Part shown: positions 37,143 through 47,571 of the stretch, in pieces
How the letters are laid out: the number at the start of each line of letters is the position of its first letter
Numbering within the stretch: position 1 is the first letter of the stretch
From: Armatimonadota bacterium
GTDB lineage: Bacteria; Armatimonadota; SYMT01
Reading direction: 5' to 3'
DNA length: 64,000 nucleotides
Assembly (NCBI GenBank): GCA_046292385.1
Contig: JBKBRF010000007.1
Location: 1-64,000, forward strand
Notes under the pieces: model-generated
What the model was told of the DNA's origin: nothing
The model's database searches: none
What the model saw: only the letters and a program-made list of their open reading frames with translations
Made by a program: the position numbers and the translations under genes

Positions 37143-38750
37143 TTACCAGCGGGCGGCGCGGGCCGGCTCCGGCAGCGGGTAGCGCTCCAGGTACTCCTCG
37201 TAGGTGCCGAGGAAGTTCACCAGTGCGTCCGAAGTAAACGCCAGCACGCGCGTCGCCACGTCGGAGATCAGGTCCCGGTCGTGCGAGACGAGGAGCACCG
37301 TGCCGGTGAAGAGCGAGAGCCCTTCGCCAAGCGCGTTCACCGACTCCAGGTCGAGGTGGTTGGTCGGCTCGTCGAAGATCAGCACCGGGTTCTGCTGCAG
37401 CATCAGCTTCGCCAGGAGCAGCCGCGCCGTCTCACCCCCGGAGAGCGCGGAGACCGGCTTCAGGCTCTCGTCGCCGCTGAAGAGCATCCGGCCGAGCACG
37501 CCGCGGACGAGCTGCTGGTCGCCGGTCGTCTCGAACTGCTGCAGCCACTCCAGGGCCGAGGTACCCGGCTCCGCCTCGATCCGGCTGTCCTGCGGGTAGT
37601 AGCCCCAGGTCATCCCGTTGCCCCAGCGGACCGAGCCCGCGTCCGGCGTCAGCTCCCCGATCAGCGTGCGGATCAGCGTGGTCTTCCCGGCGCCGTTCGG
37701 GCCGATGATCGCGATCTTGTCGCCGCGCATCACCTCGAGATCGACGTCCTTCAGCACCTGCTGGCCGTCGAAGCTCTTGCTGACCTGCTCCGCCACCACC
37801 GCCTCCCGGCCGGACGGCTTCTGCAGGTCGAACCGGATGTACGGCCGCTGGATGTTAGAGCGCTTCAGCTCCTGCGGCTGCAGGCGCTGGATCTCCTTGC
37901 GCCGGCTCTGCGCCTGGCTGGAGCGCTGACCCGCGCCGAAGCGGGCGATGAACTCCTGGAGCTGCGCGATCTTCTTCGCCTTGTCCCGGTTATTCGCTTC
38001 CACCTGCTCGCGCGACTGCAGCTTCTGCCGGACCATGTCATCGTAGTTGCCGGGGTAGACGATGATGGTCTCGTAGTCGATGTCCGCAATGTGGGTGCAG
38101 ACCGCGTTCAGGAAGTGGCGGTCGTGCGAGATCACGATCAGCGTGCCCTTGTACTCCTGCAGGAAGCCTTCGAGCCAGTGGATCGACTCCAGGTCCATGT
38201 GGTTGGTCGGCTCGTCCAGGAGCAGCGCTTCCGGCTCTCCGAAGGCGGCCTGGGCCAGCAGCACGCGGAACTTGAGGTCGCTGGGGAGCGTGCTCATCAG
38301 GTCGGTGTGGCGCTCCGCCGGGATGCCGACCCCCGCCAGGATCTCCGCCGCGTCCACTTCGGCCATGTAGCCGTTGTTGTCCGCGATGAAGTTCTCCAGG
38401 TCGCCTAGCCGCTCCATGTCGGCATCGGTGAGATCGCCCTTTTCGCAGAGCGCGTCCCGCTCCTGGAACGTCTTCCAGAGCTCCCCGTGGCCCATCATCA
38501 CCGTATCGATGATGCGCTCGTTGTCGAAGGCGAACTGGTCCTGGCGCAGCACCCCCACCCGGCGCGGCTTCTGGATGGTGCCGCGGTTCGACGGCTCCAC
38601 GTCGCCGGTGAGCATCTTCATGAAGGTGCTCTTGCCGGCGCCGTTCGGACCGGTGAGCCCATACCGGTTTCCCGGCGTGAACTTGACGGTCACGTCCTCG
38701 AACAGCGTGCGCGTTCCGAACGATTTGGTAACGTTGTTGACTGCAATCAT
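37143..38750 (-). CDS. ABC-F family ATPase (YbiT-like)
   Basis: Two ABC cassettes (GPNGAGKST, GPNGAGKTT, DEPTNH x2), no TM segments. Confidence 0.93.
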   Translation of the reverse strand: MIAVNNVTKSFGTRTLFEDVTVKFTPGNRYGLTGPNGAGKSTFMKMLTGDVEPSNRGTIQKPRRVGVLRQDQFAFDNERIIDTVMMGHGELWKTFQERDALCEKGDLTDADMERLGDLENFIADNNGYMAEVDAAEILAGVGIPAERHTDLMSTLPSDLKFRVLLAQAAFGEPEALLLDEPTNHMDLESIHWLEGFLQEYKGTLIVISHDRHFLNAVCTHIADIDYETIIVYPGNYDDMVRQKLQSREQVEANNRDKAKKIAQLQEFIARFGAGQRSSQAQSRRKEIQRLQPQELKRSNIQRPYIRFDLQKPSGREAVVAEQVSKSFDGQQVLKDVDLEVMRGDKIAIIGPNGAGKTTLIRTLIGELTPDAGSVRWGNGMTWGYYPQDSRIEAEPGTSALEWLQQFETTGDQQLVRGVLGRMLFSGDESLKPVSALSGGETARLLLAKLMLQQNPVLIFDEPTNHLDLESVNALGEGLSLFTGTVLLVSHDRDLISDVATRVLAFTSDALVNFLGTYEEYLERYPLPEPARAARW

Positions 38751-38918
38751 TTCAGAAGTATCGGATCCAAAAAAGAAGACGCGCGGGGCGCGTCATAGGC
38801 GGTCCAAGTATACCGGAAGCACCCCGCGCATGTGAAGGGCAGGGCGAAGGTCGCGAGAGCGCGCCGGAGCCTGTTACCTGCCAGCCTGCCACCTGCTGAC
38901 CTGCCAACTCCTCTACCG

Positions 38919-39380
38919 CTAACCGTGCAGCGCCGCGGCGACCAGCAGCATTCCGAGGGCCAGGAGGAGCGTGCGGGCGCCTCCCAGCAGCACGGTAGTC
39001 AGGGCGGTCTGCCCCAGCCTGCGCGCCATGCCCGGGCGCGGCTCTTCCTGATGGCGTCTCCGGGCCTCGGCGAGCTCTTCGTCGCTGAGCCGCCACTCCT
39101 CGGCGAACCGCATGATCCCTTCGGTCAACCGCAGTGAGGCGATGCAGAAGAGCAGCCCCAGCACGAGCGCGTAGGCGGCGGGGACTGCTACAAACCACGC
39201 AAGCGCCAGGGCGGAGACGCAATCGCAGAGCGGCAGCAGGATGAACGCAGCCCGCTCTCCCCACTGGCGGCGCGGCCGGGCCTCCGCGCGCAGGTAGGCG
39301 CGGGCGTGGCTGGCGAGGACAAACGCCAGGCAGACCACGGAGAGCGCGGAGGACGCCACCAGGGCCAGGAGCCAGGTCAT
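38919..39380 (-). CDS. Hypothetical membrane protein
   Basis: Three to four hydrophobic helices starting MTWLLAL. Confidence 0.6.
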   Translation of the reverse strand: MTWLLALVASSALSVVCLAFVLASHARAYLRAEARPRRQWGERAAFILLPLCDCVSALALAWFVAVPAAYALVLGLLFCIASLRLTEGIMRFAEEWRLSDEELAEARRRHQEEPRPGMARRLGQTALTTVLLGGARTLLLALGMLLVAAALHG

Positions 39381-39621
39381 CGGTAGAGGTTCACTCGTTA
39401 CTGTATGAACCACCACGCGTCTCGCCTGGTTACGGGTCGAGCCTCTGTACTCCCGCAGGCGTAGGCGGAACCTGGCGTGGGTATGCTGTAGAGCGCGTTG
39501 ACGCGCCGCACTGCTCCCGTTACGATTCACACGCTTCTCGCCCGCTGCCAGGCCGCGCGGTTGGTGAACCGCCGCGGAGGGACCGGCCTCTATACTGGAG
39601 TGGCGTGCTGTTCCCGAGGAA

Positions 39622-40860
39622 ATGGGTGGCCCTGTGATTGAAGCTGCTGCTCCACAAGAAGAGAAACCGTCCGCACCGGAGCTGCCGCAGGAGGCGGAGA
39701 CCAGCCCGGCGCGCCGCGGCTGGACCTTGCCCGCCGGGCTGGTCTTCAGCGCCGCCGTCCTCTCCCTCGCCGCGGCTGCCACCGCCCCGCCGCGGATCCC
39801 GGAAAGCGCGGCGAGCGTGTTCGCGCCAGCGTTTCAGTTGGAAGAGCTCCCCGGCCCCGCCGCGCGCGTGATGGGTGATACCTACGTGGAGGCACCCGAG
39901 TTGATGGGTCCGCCGGCGCCCGAGGCTCCGAAGTCCGTCCCGAACGGGCCCGCGGCGGCGCCGGCCCAGGTGGCGACCTTCGGCGGACCGGTCCGCGGCC
40001 CGCTCTGGAGCGGCACCCCGCTGCCGTGGCTCCCCTCCGGCCGGGCCCCGGCGATCCCGGCACCCGGCACCGCCATCCCGGTCGAGGCGCCGCGTCCCGC
40101 CGAGGAGCCGCAGCCGACTGCCGCCGCCGCGAAGCCCGAGAGCCCCGCCACCAGCTCCGAGCTGCCCGATCCGAAGAAGCTCGCCCTCTCCCGCCTGGCA
40201 CGGCCGGAGCTGGAAACGCTGAAGCTGGAGAAGCAGGCCGGGAAGGTGAGCGCCGCGGAGCCGCTGCGGGTGGAGCTCTCCCTGGCGGAAGCGGGGAAGA
40301 CGGTGGGGCCGGGCGATTCGCTCACGGTGCGTCTCGCCGCCACCGCGGCCTGCTACTTGGCCCTGATCCGCGTCGACGCGTCCGGTAAGGCGGCCACCGC
40401 CTTCCGCGCGCCCCTTCCCTCCCAGCGCCTCTCGCTCACGCTGAAAGCCGGGGCGGAGACGGGGGCGGAATACTTGCTCGCCGTCGCTTCCGTCAAGCCG
40501 CTCAGCGGCGCGCAGGTCTCCGCGGCGCTCAAGGCGTCCGGCAACAGCTTCCCCACCGTGCAGCTCGCCTCCGCCAACTCCGGAGCGGCCTGGAACGCCG
40601 CGCTGGCACACGCGGGGGCCCTGAGCGGCCCTGCCGCCCGCTGGGAGCGGTTCGAGTGGGCGGTCGACACCGCCGCGGTAGCGGTGCGCGCCCCGGAGAA
40701 GACGGTCGCCGTAAAGCCCGCGCCGGAGAAGCCGGCGCCGGAGAAGCCCGCCTCCGCCGCGGAGAAGCCGTCCCCCGGCAAGCCGGCGGAGAGCGTGCTC
40801 CCGGAAGAGAAGCTCCCGGAGAAGGCGCCCGCCGACGATGGGAGCGCGCTGCCGGACTAG
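39622..40860 (+). CDS. Pro/Ala-rich membrane-anchored protein, possible DUF4384-like domain
   Basis: TM segment, low-complexity linker, GDSLTV..CYLALI..G.E.LLAVAS. Confidence 0.6.
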   Translation: MGGPVIEAAAPQEEKPSAPELPQEAETSPARRGWTLPAGLVFSAAVLSLAAAATAPPRIPESAASVFAPAFQLEELPGPAARVMGDTYVEAPELMGPPAPEAPKSVPNGPAAAPAQVATFGGPVRGPLWSGTPLPWLPSGRAPAIPAPGTAIPVEAPRPAEEPQPTAAAAKPESPATSSELPDPKKLALSRLARPELETLKLEKQAGKVSAAEPLRVELSLAEAGKTVGPGDSLTVRLAATAACYLALIRVDASGKAATAFRAPLPSQRLSLTLKAGAETGAEYLLAVASVKPLSGAQVSAALKASGNSFPTVQLASANSGAAWNAALAHAGALSGPAARWERFEWAVDTAAVAVRAPEKTVAVKPAPEKPAPEKPASAAEKPSPGKPAESVLPEEKLPEKAPADDGSALPD

Positions 40861-40911
40861 ATGAGGGATGAAGGATGAGTTTCCCGGACCCTGCGACCGG
40901 TGCGCTCTTCT

Positions 40912-41418
40912 CTACACCCTCGACGCCGAGCCCTCTAGCTCCAGCAGCCGCTGCTTCGTCTCCAGGCCGTAGGCGTAGCCGGTGAGCTTGCCGCCCGAGC
41001 CGATGATGCGGTGGCAGGGGACGATCAGGCAGATCGGGTTGGCGCCGTTGGCGGCGCCGACCGCCCGGGAAGCGGTGGGGCGGCCGACGGCGGCGGCGAT
41101 CTCTCCGTAGCTCCGCGTCTCGCCGTAAGGAACGGCGGCCACCGCCTCCCACACCTGCCGCTGGAACGGCGTGCCTTTTGGGTCCAGCGGCAGGTCGAAT
41201 TCCTTGCGGCGGCCGGTGAGGTACTCGCGGAGCTGGCGGACTACCTTCGCACAGGCCTGGTCGCCGGAAGCGACGATGTCGTCCTCGTACCGGTCGCAGA
41301 GCCGGTTATAGGCGGCAGAGGGCTCGTCCAGGGAGACGAAGCAGACCCCGTCCGGCGTCACGGCGACGGTCGTGGGGCCGACCAGCGGCAGCTCTTCGGT
41401 GGTGTAGGCGACGATCAT
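40912..41418 (-). CDS. ogt: Methylated-DNA-protein-cysteine methyltransferase
   Basis: GTPFQRQVW, RAVGAANGANP, PCHR. Confidence 0.95.
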   Translation of the reverse strand: MIVAYTTEELPLVGPTTVAVTPDGVCFVSLDEPSAAYNRLCDRYEDDIVASGDQACAKVVRQLREYLTGRRKEFDLPLDPKGTPFQRQVWEAVAAVPYGETRSYGEIAAAVGRPTASRAVGAANGANPICLIVPCHRIIGSGGKLTGYAYGLETKQRLLELEGSASRV

Positions 41419-41427
41419 GGGAGCGGC

Positions 41428-41459
41428 AAGAAGAAGGGCCGCCCCTAGCGGGGCGGCCC
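41428..41459 (-). terminator. Intrinsic terminator after murA
   Basis: 10-bp GC stem 41436-41459 followed by TTCTTCTT on the minus strand. Confidence 0.7.
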
Positions 41460-41487
41460 GGTCGATCTCGGTCAGACCGGTACGGTC

Positions 41488-42828
41488 TTATACGACGGTC
41501 GCGTCCGGCTTGCCTGCCGGGGCTGCCAGCGTCGGTAGCGCCAGGTCGCGCTCGGCGGCGGTGCGGGTGATCTCCGCGCCGACCGACTGCAGCTTCTCCA
41601 CGAGCGCGTCGTAGCCGCGGTCCACGTGCTCCACGCCGCCGATGGTGCTCTCCCCCTCGGCTGCGAGCGCGGCCACGATCATCGCGGCCCCGGCGCGCAG
41701 GTCGGTCGAGGTCACCACGGCGCCGGTCAACTGCGGCACGCCGTGCACGAAGGCGGTGCGGCCTTCCACGCGGACGTCGGCGCCCATCCGCTGCAGCTCG
41801 CTGACGTAGCGGAACCGGTTCTCGAAGACCCGGTCGGTCACCATCGCCGCGCCCTCGCTCACGGAGAGCAGGGCGACCATCGGCTGCTGCATGTCGGTCG
41901 GGAAGCCAGGGTGCGGCATCGCCAGGATGTCGACCGCCCGGCAGCGCCCCTTCATGCTCACACGCAGGCGCCCGGGGGCGTTCTCGTCCTCATCGAGCTG
42001 CTCCAGCGTGACGCCCATGTCCCGCAGCTTCACCAGCACCGGCTGCAGGTGCGCCGGCACCACGTTCTCCAGGATCAGGTCGCCCCGGGTGATGGCCGCC
42101 GCGCACGCGTAGGTGCCCGCTTCCATCCGGTCCGGGATCACGGAGTACTCGGCCCCCGCCCGGAGCTGCTTCACGCCCTCGATAATGACGGTCGAGGTGC
42201 CGGCGCCGGTCACCTGGCCGCCCAGGCTGCAGAGGAAGTGGGCCAGGTCGACCACTTCCGGCTCCGTAGCGGCGTTCTCGATGATCGTCACGCCCTCCGC
42301 CATGCAGGCGGCGGTCATCAGGTGGGTCGTGGCGCCCGCGCTCGGGAAGTCGAGGTAGATCCGCGCGCCGACCAGCTTCTCGGCCGAAGCTTCCACGATG
42401 CCGCCGTCGTTCCGCACGTCGGCGCCCAGCGCCCGCAGACCCTTGATGTGGAAGTCGACCGGCCGGGCGCCGATGTCGCACCCGCCGGGCTGGGCCACGC
42501 GGGCATGGCCCAGGCGCGCCAGCATCGGGCCGAGGACGTAGAATGAAGCGCGCATCTTGCGCACCAGCTCTTCCGGCGCGCTCGTCCGGCAGAAGCCGGT
42601 GGCGTCGATCTTCACCACACCGTCGGTGCTGAAGCGCACCTCTGCTCCCACCTCCTGGAGCATCTCCGCCATGGTGTGGATGTCCCGGATGTCCGGGACG
42701 TTGTGGAGCGTGGTGACGCCGTCTACCAGCAAGCAGGCCGCCATCAACGGCAGACTGGCGTTCTTGCTGCCGCTTACTCGAATGGAGCCCTGCAAAGGAA
42801 TGCCACCGCGAACGTAAATCTTATCCAC
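41488..42828 (-). CDS. murA: UDP-N-acetylglucosamine 1-carboxyvinyltransferase
   Basis: GSKNASLP, KMRAS, PGGCDIGARP, PGFPTDMQ, DLRAGAA. Confidence 0.97.
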   Translation of the reverse strand: MDKIYVRGGIPLQGSIRVSGSKNASLPLMAACLLVDGVTTLHNVPDIRDIHTMAEMLQEVGAEVRFSTDGVVKIDATGFCRTSAPEELVRKMRASFYVLGPMLARLGHARVAQPGGCDIGARPVDFHIKGLRALGADVRNDGGIVEASAEKLVGARIYLDFPSAGATTHLMTAACMAEGVTIIENAATEPEVVDLAHFLCSLGGQVTGAGTSTVIIEGVKQLRAGAEYSVIPDRMEAGTYACAAAITRGDLILENVVPAHLQPVLVKLRDMGVTLEQLDEDENAPGRLRVSMKGRCRAVDILAMPHPGFPTDMQQPMVALLSVSEGAAMVTDRVFENRFRYVSELQRMGADVRVEGRTAFVHGVPQLTGAVVTSTDLRAGAAMIVAALAAEGESTIGGVEHVDRGYDALVEKLQSVGAEITRTAAERDLALPTLAAPAGKPDATVV

Positions 42829-43145
42829 TGGTTCCTGCCTCCCTACTGAAACCGGGTTACTTCGAAGCGCATATACCCGGCTCCGGCGGGTTACACGTCC
42901 TCACGCGAAATAGTCGGTGAATCCGCGGCAAGCAAACAGTGGTTCGTTTGGATGGCGGCTTCTCATTCAAAAGCGGGATCCTCCACCGGTCCTGTGCAGC
43001 GGCCCGATCGGCGTCCGACCGAGAGTCCGCGCGGATGATAGCCGGGCGGGCTGGCGGTCGTCAACTTCTGCAGCGGGAGTACGTCCGGCTCCGTTCCCTG
43101 CTCTGTTAGTGGCCCGAAGCGGCGCCGAAGTTCGGTTTCCCCGGC

Positions 43146-44561
43146 TCAATCTTCTCTCCGGGCGAGCGCCGCGTGCGCCAGCTCCACTCCCACCCCCTGC
43201 AGGCGGATCCGCCGCTTCCCGGCGGGCAGCCCCACTCGCACCGTCGGGCACTCGTCCAGGGTGGCGACGAGTTGCTCGCCGCTCCGCCGCACCGTCAGCG
43301 TGTGCCACGCCTCGGCGCGGAACCCGGCCGGCAGTGCCGCGGAGGCGCTCCCCACGCGGAGCTTGCCGTCTGCGATCCATACCTCCAGGTCCCCGACCGC
43401 CGCGCCCCAGCGGCCGCCGGACTGCGTGGCACGGCCGGAGCACTCCAGTACGAACCGGTCCTGCGGCTCCTCTAACTCCAGGATAGACCTGTCCCCGCGG
43501 GATTGGAGCCCCTCCTCTCCGCGCTCCCAGCCCGCCGCGCCGCTCCACTCGTCGCCCGGCGGCGCCTCGTCGAACCACGAGAGGTAGTCCGGCATCCTCG
43601 GCGCCGGCTGCGGCGTAGAGGTCGGCCCGGCGCAGGCCGGCCGGCCGTCGTGCCAGACCAGCCGGTCGATGCGCGGGTAGCGCGCGGTGCACTCGTGGTC
43701 CCAGCCGTGGTAGACCATCCACTGCGACTGCAGGTCCGGTCCCAGCACCACGGAGTTGTGGCCGGGGCCGATGACGCGGCCGGGATCGGTGCGGAGCACC
43801 TGCGGCCCTGTCGCGTTGGCGTCGTCCACCCACGGCCCAAAGGGATGGTCGGCGAACGCATAGGCAACACCGTAGTTCGGATTCTCCCACCGGCCGCCGC
43901 TGTAGAGGAGGCAGTAGCGGTCCCCGACCGGCAGCACGAACGGTCCCTCGACGGTGTACCAATCGAGGTTGCCCTTGATCGCCCGCTCCAGCTCGAACAC
44001 CTGCCAGTCCGCGTACGGGCGCAGCACCTCCTGGCGCTCTCCCGCCAGCCGGTCCATCGTGATGAGCCGGTCGACCACCAGCCCGGTGCCGGAGAAGGGC
44101 GGCGTCAGCCAGTCGCGCGCGTAGAACAGGTACCACTGGCCGTCCCGCGGATCCCGGAACGGGTGGCCGTCGATCGCGAACGCTTCGGTGGGGGTCAGGT
44201 CGACGTCGCAGTCCCGCCACGGGCCGAGCGGATGCTCCGCCACCGCGACCCGCAGGTGGTGGTCCGGCGACTCGCCGTTTCCGAGCGCGTAGTAGAGGTA
44301 GAAGCGCCCTTCCGAGTAGGCCACTTCCGGGGCCCAGTAGTCTTCCTTGTCCGGAAACTTCAGCGGGTCGAGCACTCCGCCGCGCGGCTCCCAGTGGACC
44401 AGATCCCGCGAGGTGAGCATCTGCATGGCGCGGCCGTCCGGCGCGTAGTCGGTCGCGTAAGCGTAGTAGCGGCCGTTGAAGCGGAGCACGAACGGGTCGG
44501 GAAAGTTGCGGTCGTAGACCGGGTTCTGGTAGGTCCCGGCGGTTCGGGTCGGTTGGCTCAA
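43146..44561 (-). CDS. Glycoside hydrolase family 43 with an additional C-terminal domain
   Basis: NPV..FPDPFV, WAPEV, AIDG, VEGPF, GPGHNS. Confidence 0.9.
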   Translation of the reverse strand: MSQPTRTAGTYQNPVYDRNFPDPFVLRFNGRYYAYATDYAPDGRAMQMLTSRDLVHWEPRGGVLDPLKFPDKEDYWAPEVAYSEGRFYLYYALGNGESPDHHLRVAVAEHPLGPWRDCDVDLTPTEAFAIDGHPFRDPRDGQWYLFYARDWLTPPFSGTGLVVDRLITMDRLAGERQEVLRPYADWQVFELERAIKGNLDWYTVEGPFVLPVGDRYCLLYSGGRWENPNYGVAYAFADHPFGPWVDDANATGPQVLRTDPGRVIGPGHNSVVLGPDLQSQWMVYHGWDHECTARYPRIDRLVWHDGRPACAGPTSTPQPAPRMPDYLSWFDEAPPGDEWSGAAGWERGEEGLQSRGDRSILELEEPQDRFVLECSGRATQSGGRWGAAVGDLEVWIADGKLRVGSASAALPAGFRAEAWHTLTVRRSGEQLVATLDECPTVRVGLPAGKRRIRLQGVGVELAHAALARRED

Positions 44562-44608
44562 CGTTATCGTCCTGGCAAGGGGAGAGTGCGATCGCTAAAG
44601 ACCTAATC

Positions 44609-45724
44609 TTACCGCTGCTCCAGCGGCGGGACGGAGCGGGGCTCCGGTCCGATGTACTTCGCACGGGGGCGGATCAACCGGTTGGCGTCGAGCTGCTCGA
44701 TCACGTGGGCGCACCAGCCGCTCGTCCGGGCGGCGACGAAGATCGGCGTGTAGAGATCCGGAGGGACGCCGAGCAGGTGGTAGACCCAGGCGCAGGGGAA
44801 GTCGACGTTCGGCTTCAATCCCTTCTCCCTCTCCACCGTCTCCTGGATCGCGTCGGCGGTCTCGAGCCAGTGGAGGTCTCCGCGCGCGCGGGCCAGGTGC
44901 TCGCCCACTTCGCGCAGGATCACGGCCCGGCTGTCGCCCTGGCGGACCACCCGGTGGCCGAACCCCATAATCCGCTCCCGCCGCCCCAGCCGCTCCCGGA
45001 CCCAGGCATCCGCCCGCTCCGGGGAGCCGACCTCCCGCAGCATCGCCAGCGCCGCCTCGTTGGCGCCGCCGTGCAGCGGCCCCTTCAGCGCTCCGATCGC
45101 GGCGACGATCCCGGAGTGGAGATCGGAGAGGGTGGAGACGACCACCCGCGCGGCGAAGGTCGAGGCGTTCAGCTCGTGCTCCGCGTAGAGGATGAGCGAG
45201 ACGTCCATCGCCCGCACCGCCTCTGGGTCCGGCTCGCGCCCGGTCAGGCTCCGGAGCAGGTAGGCGGCCTGGCCCTCCTCCGGGCGGGGCGCCGGCGCCG
45301 TCTCGCCCCGCCGTGCCGCGTGCCACTCGGCCAGGAGGGCAGGAAGCTGGGCGAGGAGCCGGATCGACTTCCGCACGTTCGCGTCGTGGGAGCCGTCGCC
45401 CACCTCCGGCTCGAAGTGCGCCTGCAGGCTGACGGCGGAGCGGAGCGCGTCCATCGGCGGCGCGCCGGCCGGGATCCGGCGGACCAGCTCCCGAAGCTCC
45501 GCGGGAACGGCGCGAGACCGCGCCAGCTGCGAGCTGAAGTCGCGCAGCGCCTCCCGGCCGGGCAGTTCTCCGCAGAGCAGGAGGTGTGCGACCTCTTCGA
45601 AGCTGCAGCTCCGGGCGAGCTCCGCAATCGGGTAGCCGCGGTAGAAGAGCCCCTCCTCCGTGATGGTGCAGATCGAGGTCTCCCCGGCGATGACCCCTTC
45701 CAACCCGGGACTGAAGTCGCTCAT
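44609..45724 (-). CDS. prpC: 2-methylcitrate synthase (citrate synthase family)
   Basis: GLEGV, YAEHELNASTF, GPLHGGANE, MGFGHRV, PNVDF; next to prpB. Confidence 0.85.
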   Translation of the reverse strand: MSDFSPGLEGVIAGETSICTITEEGLFYRGYPIAELARSCSFEEVAHLLLCGELPGREALRDFSSQLARSRAVPAELRELVRRIPAGAPPMDALRSAVSLQAHFEPEVGDGSHDANVRKSIRLLAQLPALLAEWHAARRGETAPAPRPEEGQAAYLLRSLTGREPDPEAVRAMDVSLILYAEHELNASTFAARVVVSTLSDLHSGIVAAIGALKGPLHGGANEAALAMLREVGSPERADAWVRERLGRRERIMGFGHRVVRQGDSRAVILREVGEHLARARGDLHWLETADAIQETVEREKGLKPNVDFPCAWVYHLLGVPPDLYTPIFVAARTSGWCAHVIEQLDANRLIRPRAKYIGPEPRSVPPLEQR

Positions 45725-45858
45725 CTCGCCCTCCTCGGGTCCCCGGTGAAAACCACTGGCTGCTGCAGGTTGACCCCGCGTCAGGCGGAGCTCGGAACCT
45801 GCAAACCTGCAACCTGCGAACCTGTTCACTCACGAGGCCGCAGCCCTGGCGGCGGCGA

Positions 45859-46722
45859 CTACTCGTATCCGGCGATCTTCTCGTCCAGCGCGGCGTACTC
45901 CGCGTAGCGCACCAGCTCGTACAGCTCCGCCCGGGTCTGCATCCGGTCCAGGAAGCCCTGCTGCGTCCCTTCCGCCGCCAGCCGGGAGAACGCCTCTTCC
46001 ACCGCCTTCATCGCCACGCGGAACGCCGTCATCGGAAAGAGCGCCAGCCGGTAGCCGAGCTCCCCGAGCTCCGCCACCGAGAGGTACGGCGTCTTCCCGA
46101 ACTCGGTGATGTTGGCGAGCAGCGGCACCCGGATCTCCCGGGCGAAGAGCGCCAGCTCCTCCCGAGAGCGCAGCCCTTCCGGGAAGATCACGTCGGCGCC
46201 CGCCGCCACGTACCGCTGCGCCCGCGCCAGCGCCGCCTCCACCCCTTCCACCGCCGCCGCGTCGGTGCGCGCGATCACCACGAAGTCAGGATCGCGCCGC
46301 GCCTCGACCGCCGCCGCGACCTTCCGCTCCATCTCCTCCGGCGACACCAGCCGCTTGCCCGCCAGGTGTCCACACCGCTTGGGGCTCTCCTGGTCCTCTA
46401 GATGCATACCCCCAATCCCGGCCCCTTCGAACTCCCGAACGGTGCGCATCACGTTCAGCACTTCGCCGAAGCCGGTGTCGGCATCCACGATCACCGGCAG
46501 GGAGACCGCCTCCGCGGTATAGCGGGCGTGCCGCACCACCTCTTCCAGCGACATCAGCCCCACGTCCGGAAAGCCCGCCACCCCGTTGGCGGTCCCGGCC
46601 CCCGAGACGTAGACCGCGGAGAACCCGGCGCGCTCCGCCAGCAGCGCCGTCGCCGCGTTGAACACGCCCGGAACGGCGTGCGTCCCACTCTCCAGCAGTC
46701 TCCGCAGCGCCCGGGCACTCAT
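45859..46722 (-). CDS. prpB: Methylisocitrate lyase
   Basis: VDADTGFG, EDQ..PKRCGH, ARTDA, ANITEFGKTP. Confidence 0.93.
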   Translation of the reverse strand: MSARALRRLLESGTHAVPGVFNAATALLAERAGFSAVYVSGAGTANGVAGFPDVGLMSLEEVVRHARYTAEAVSLPVIVDADTGFGEVLNVMRTVREFEGAGIGGMHLEDQESPKRCGHLAGKRLVSPEEMERKVAAAVEARRDPDFVVIARTDAAAVEGVEAALARAQRYVAAGADVIFPEGLRSREELALFAREIRVPLLANITEFGKTPYLSVAELGELGYRLALFPMTAFRVAMKAVEEAFSRLAAEGTQQGFLDRMQTRAELYELVRYAEYAALDEKIAGYE

Positions 46723-46761
46723 ACAGGCCTCCTCATCACCACCACTCTTGCACTACAATGA

Positions 46762-46782
46762 TGATACCGCGACCTGGTGTCA
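46762..46782. promoter_or_regulatory. Probable antitoxin operator palindrome
   Basis: TGATACC-N7-GGTGTCA just after TACAAT, upstream of the TA operon. Confidence 0.55.
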
Positions 46783-46797
46783 CGAGGGGTTATAGTG

Positions 46798-47049
46798 ATG
46801 GCCACGAGGAACTTGACTGTCCGACTGCCGGAAGAGCTTTTTGCTGAGAGCGAGAGCCTGGCAAGAGAGCGGAACGTGAGTCTGAACCGCCTGGTACAAG
46901 AAGGGCTCACGACCCTTCTCCGGGCTCAGCGTTACCAGCGACTCTACGAGGCGTTTGGCGAGCTGGGCGACGATCCGGATGAGATGGACGTAGAGTTCGC
47001 GGCTGAAGCGCAGTTCGAGGCGACCAGAGAAGATGAACGAGCAGCCTAG
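46798..47049 (+). CDS. Ribbon-helix-helix antitoxin
   Basis: NLTVRLPEEL..A....VSLN.LV, acidic C-terminus, overlaps the toxin gene. Confidence 0.8.
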   Translation: MATRNLTVRLPEELFAESESLARERNVSLNRLVQEGLTTLLRAQRYQRLYEAFGELGDDPDEMDVEFAAEAQFEATREDERAA

Positions 47050-47386
47050 CCGCGGCGAGATCTGGTGGGTCGACTGGTCGCCGGGTCGTGGTTCCGAACA
47101 GTTGGGACGCCGCCCTGCGCTCGTCATCCAGACTGACGCCGCAAACCAAAACCCGCGCTACGGCAACACCATCGTCGCTGCCATTTCGACGAAAGGACGC
47201 CCACTGCCGTTCCACGTACCGGTCACTCCCACCCAGGAAAGCGGTCTCTCCAGGCCATCCTGGGTGAAGTGCGAGCAAATCCTTACGGTCAGTAAGGAAC
47301 GGTTGCTACAGAGACTTGGCGCGCTTAACCCTGGGGAGCTAGCCCGAGTAGAGCAAGCGCTTCGCCTGGTTCTGGATCTGGATTAG
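47033..47386 (+). CDS. mazF: PemK/MazF family toxin
   Basis: RGEIWWVD..GSEQ..RRPALVIQ, CEQILTVSKERL. Confidence 0.93.
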   Translation: MNEQPSRGEIWWVDWSPGRGSEQLGRRPALVIQTDAANQNPRYGNTIVAAISTKGRPLPFHVPVTPTQESGLSRPSWVKCEQILTVSKERLLQRLGALNPGELARVEQALRLVLDLD

Positions 47387-47418
47387 CCTCTTCGGGCCTA
47401 ACCGTCTCCACCAGCAAC

Positions 47419-47566
47419 TCCCTCTGCGACTCCTCTGCGCCCTCGGCGGCCTCTGCGGTAAACCCTGGTTCGGACCGGGGCGCGCTACAGGACTCGTGAG
47501 GCGGACCAAGCCCGACCCCCTGGGTTCCGGTTCTCTCCGCGCACTCCGCGTCTCTGTGGTGAAAAA
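47419..47566. repeat. CTCTGCG/CACAGAG nonamer family element
   Basis: CTCTGCG units ending in GGTAAA and GGTGAAA; same family as 50015-50368. Confidence 0.6.
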
Positions 47567-47571
47567 CCCCG

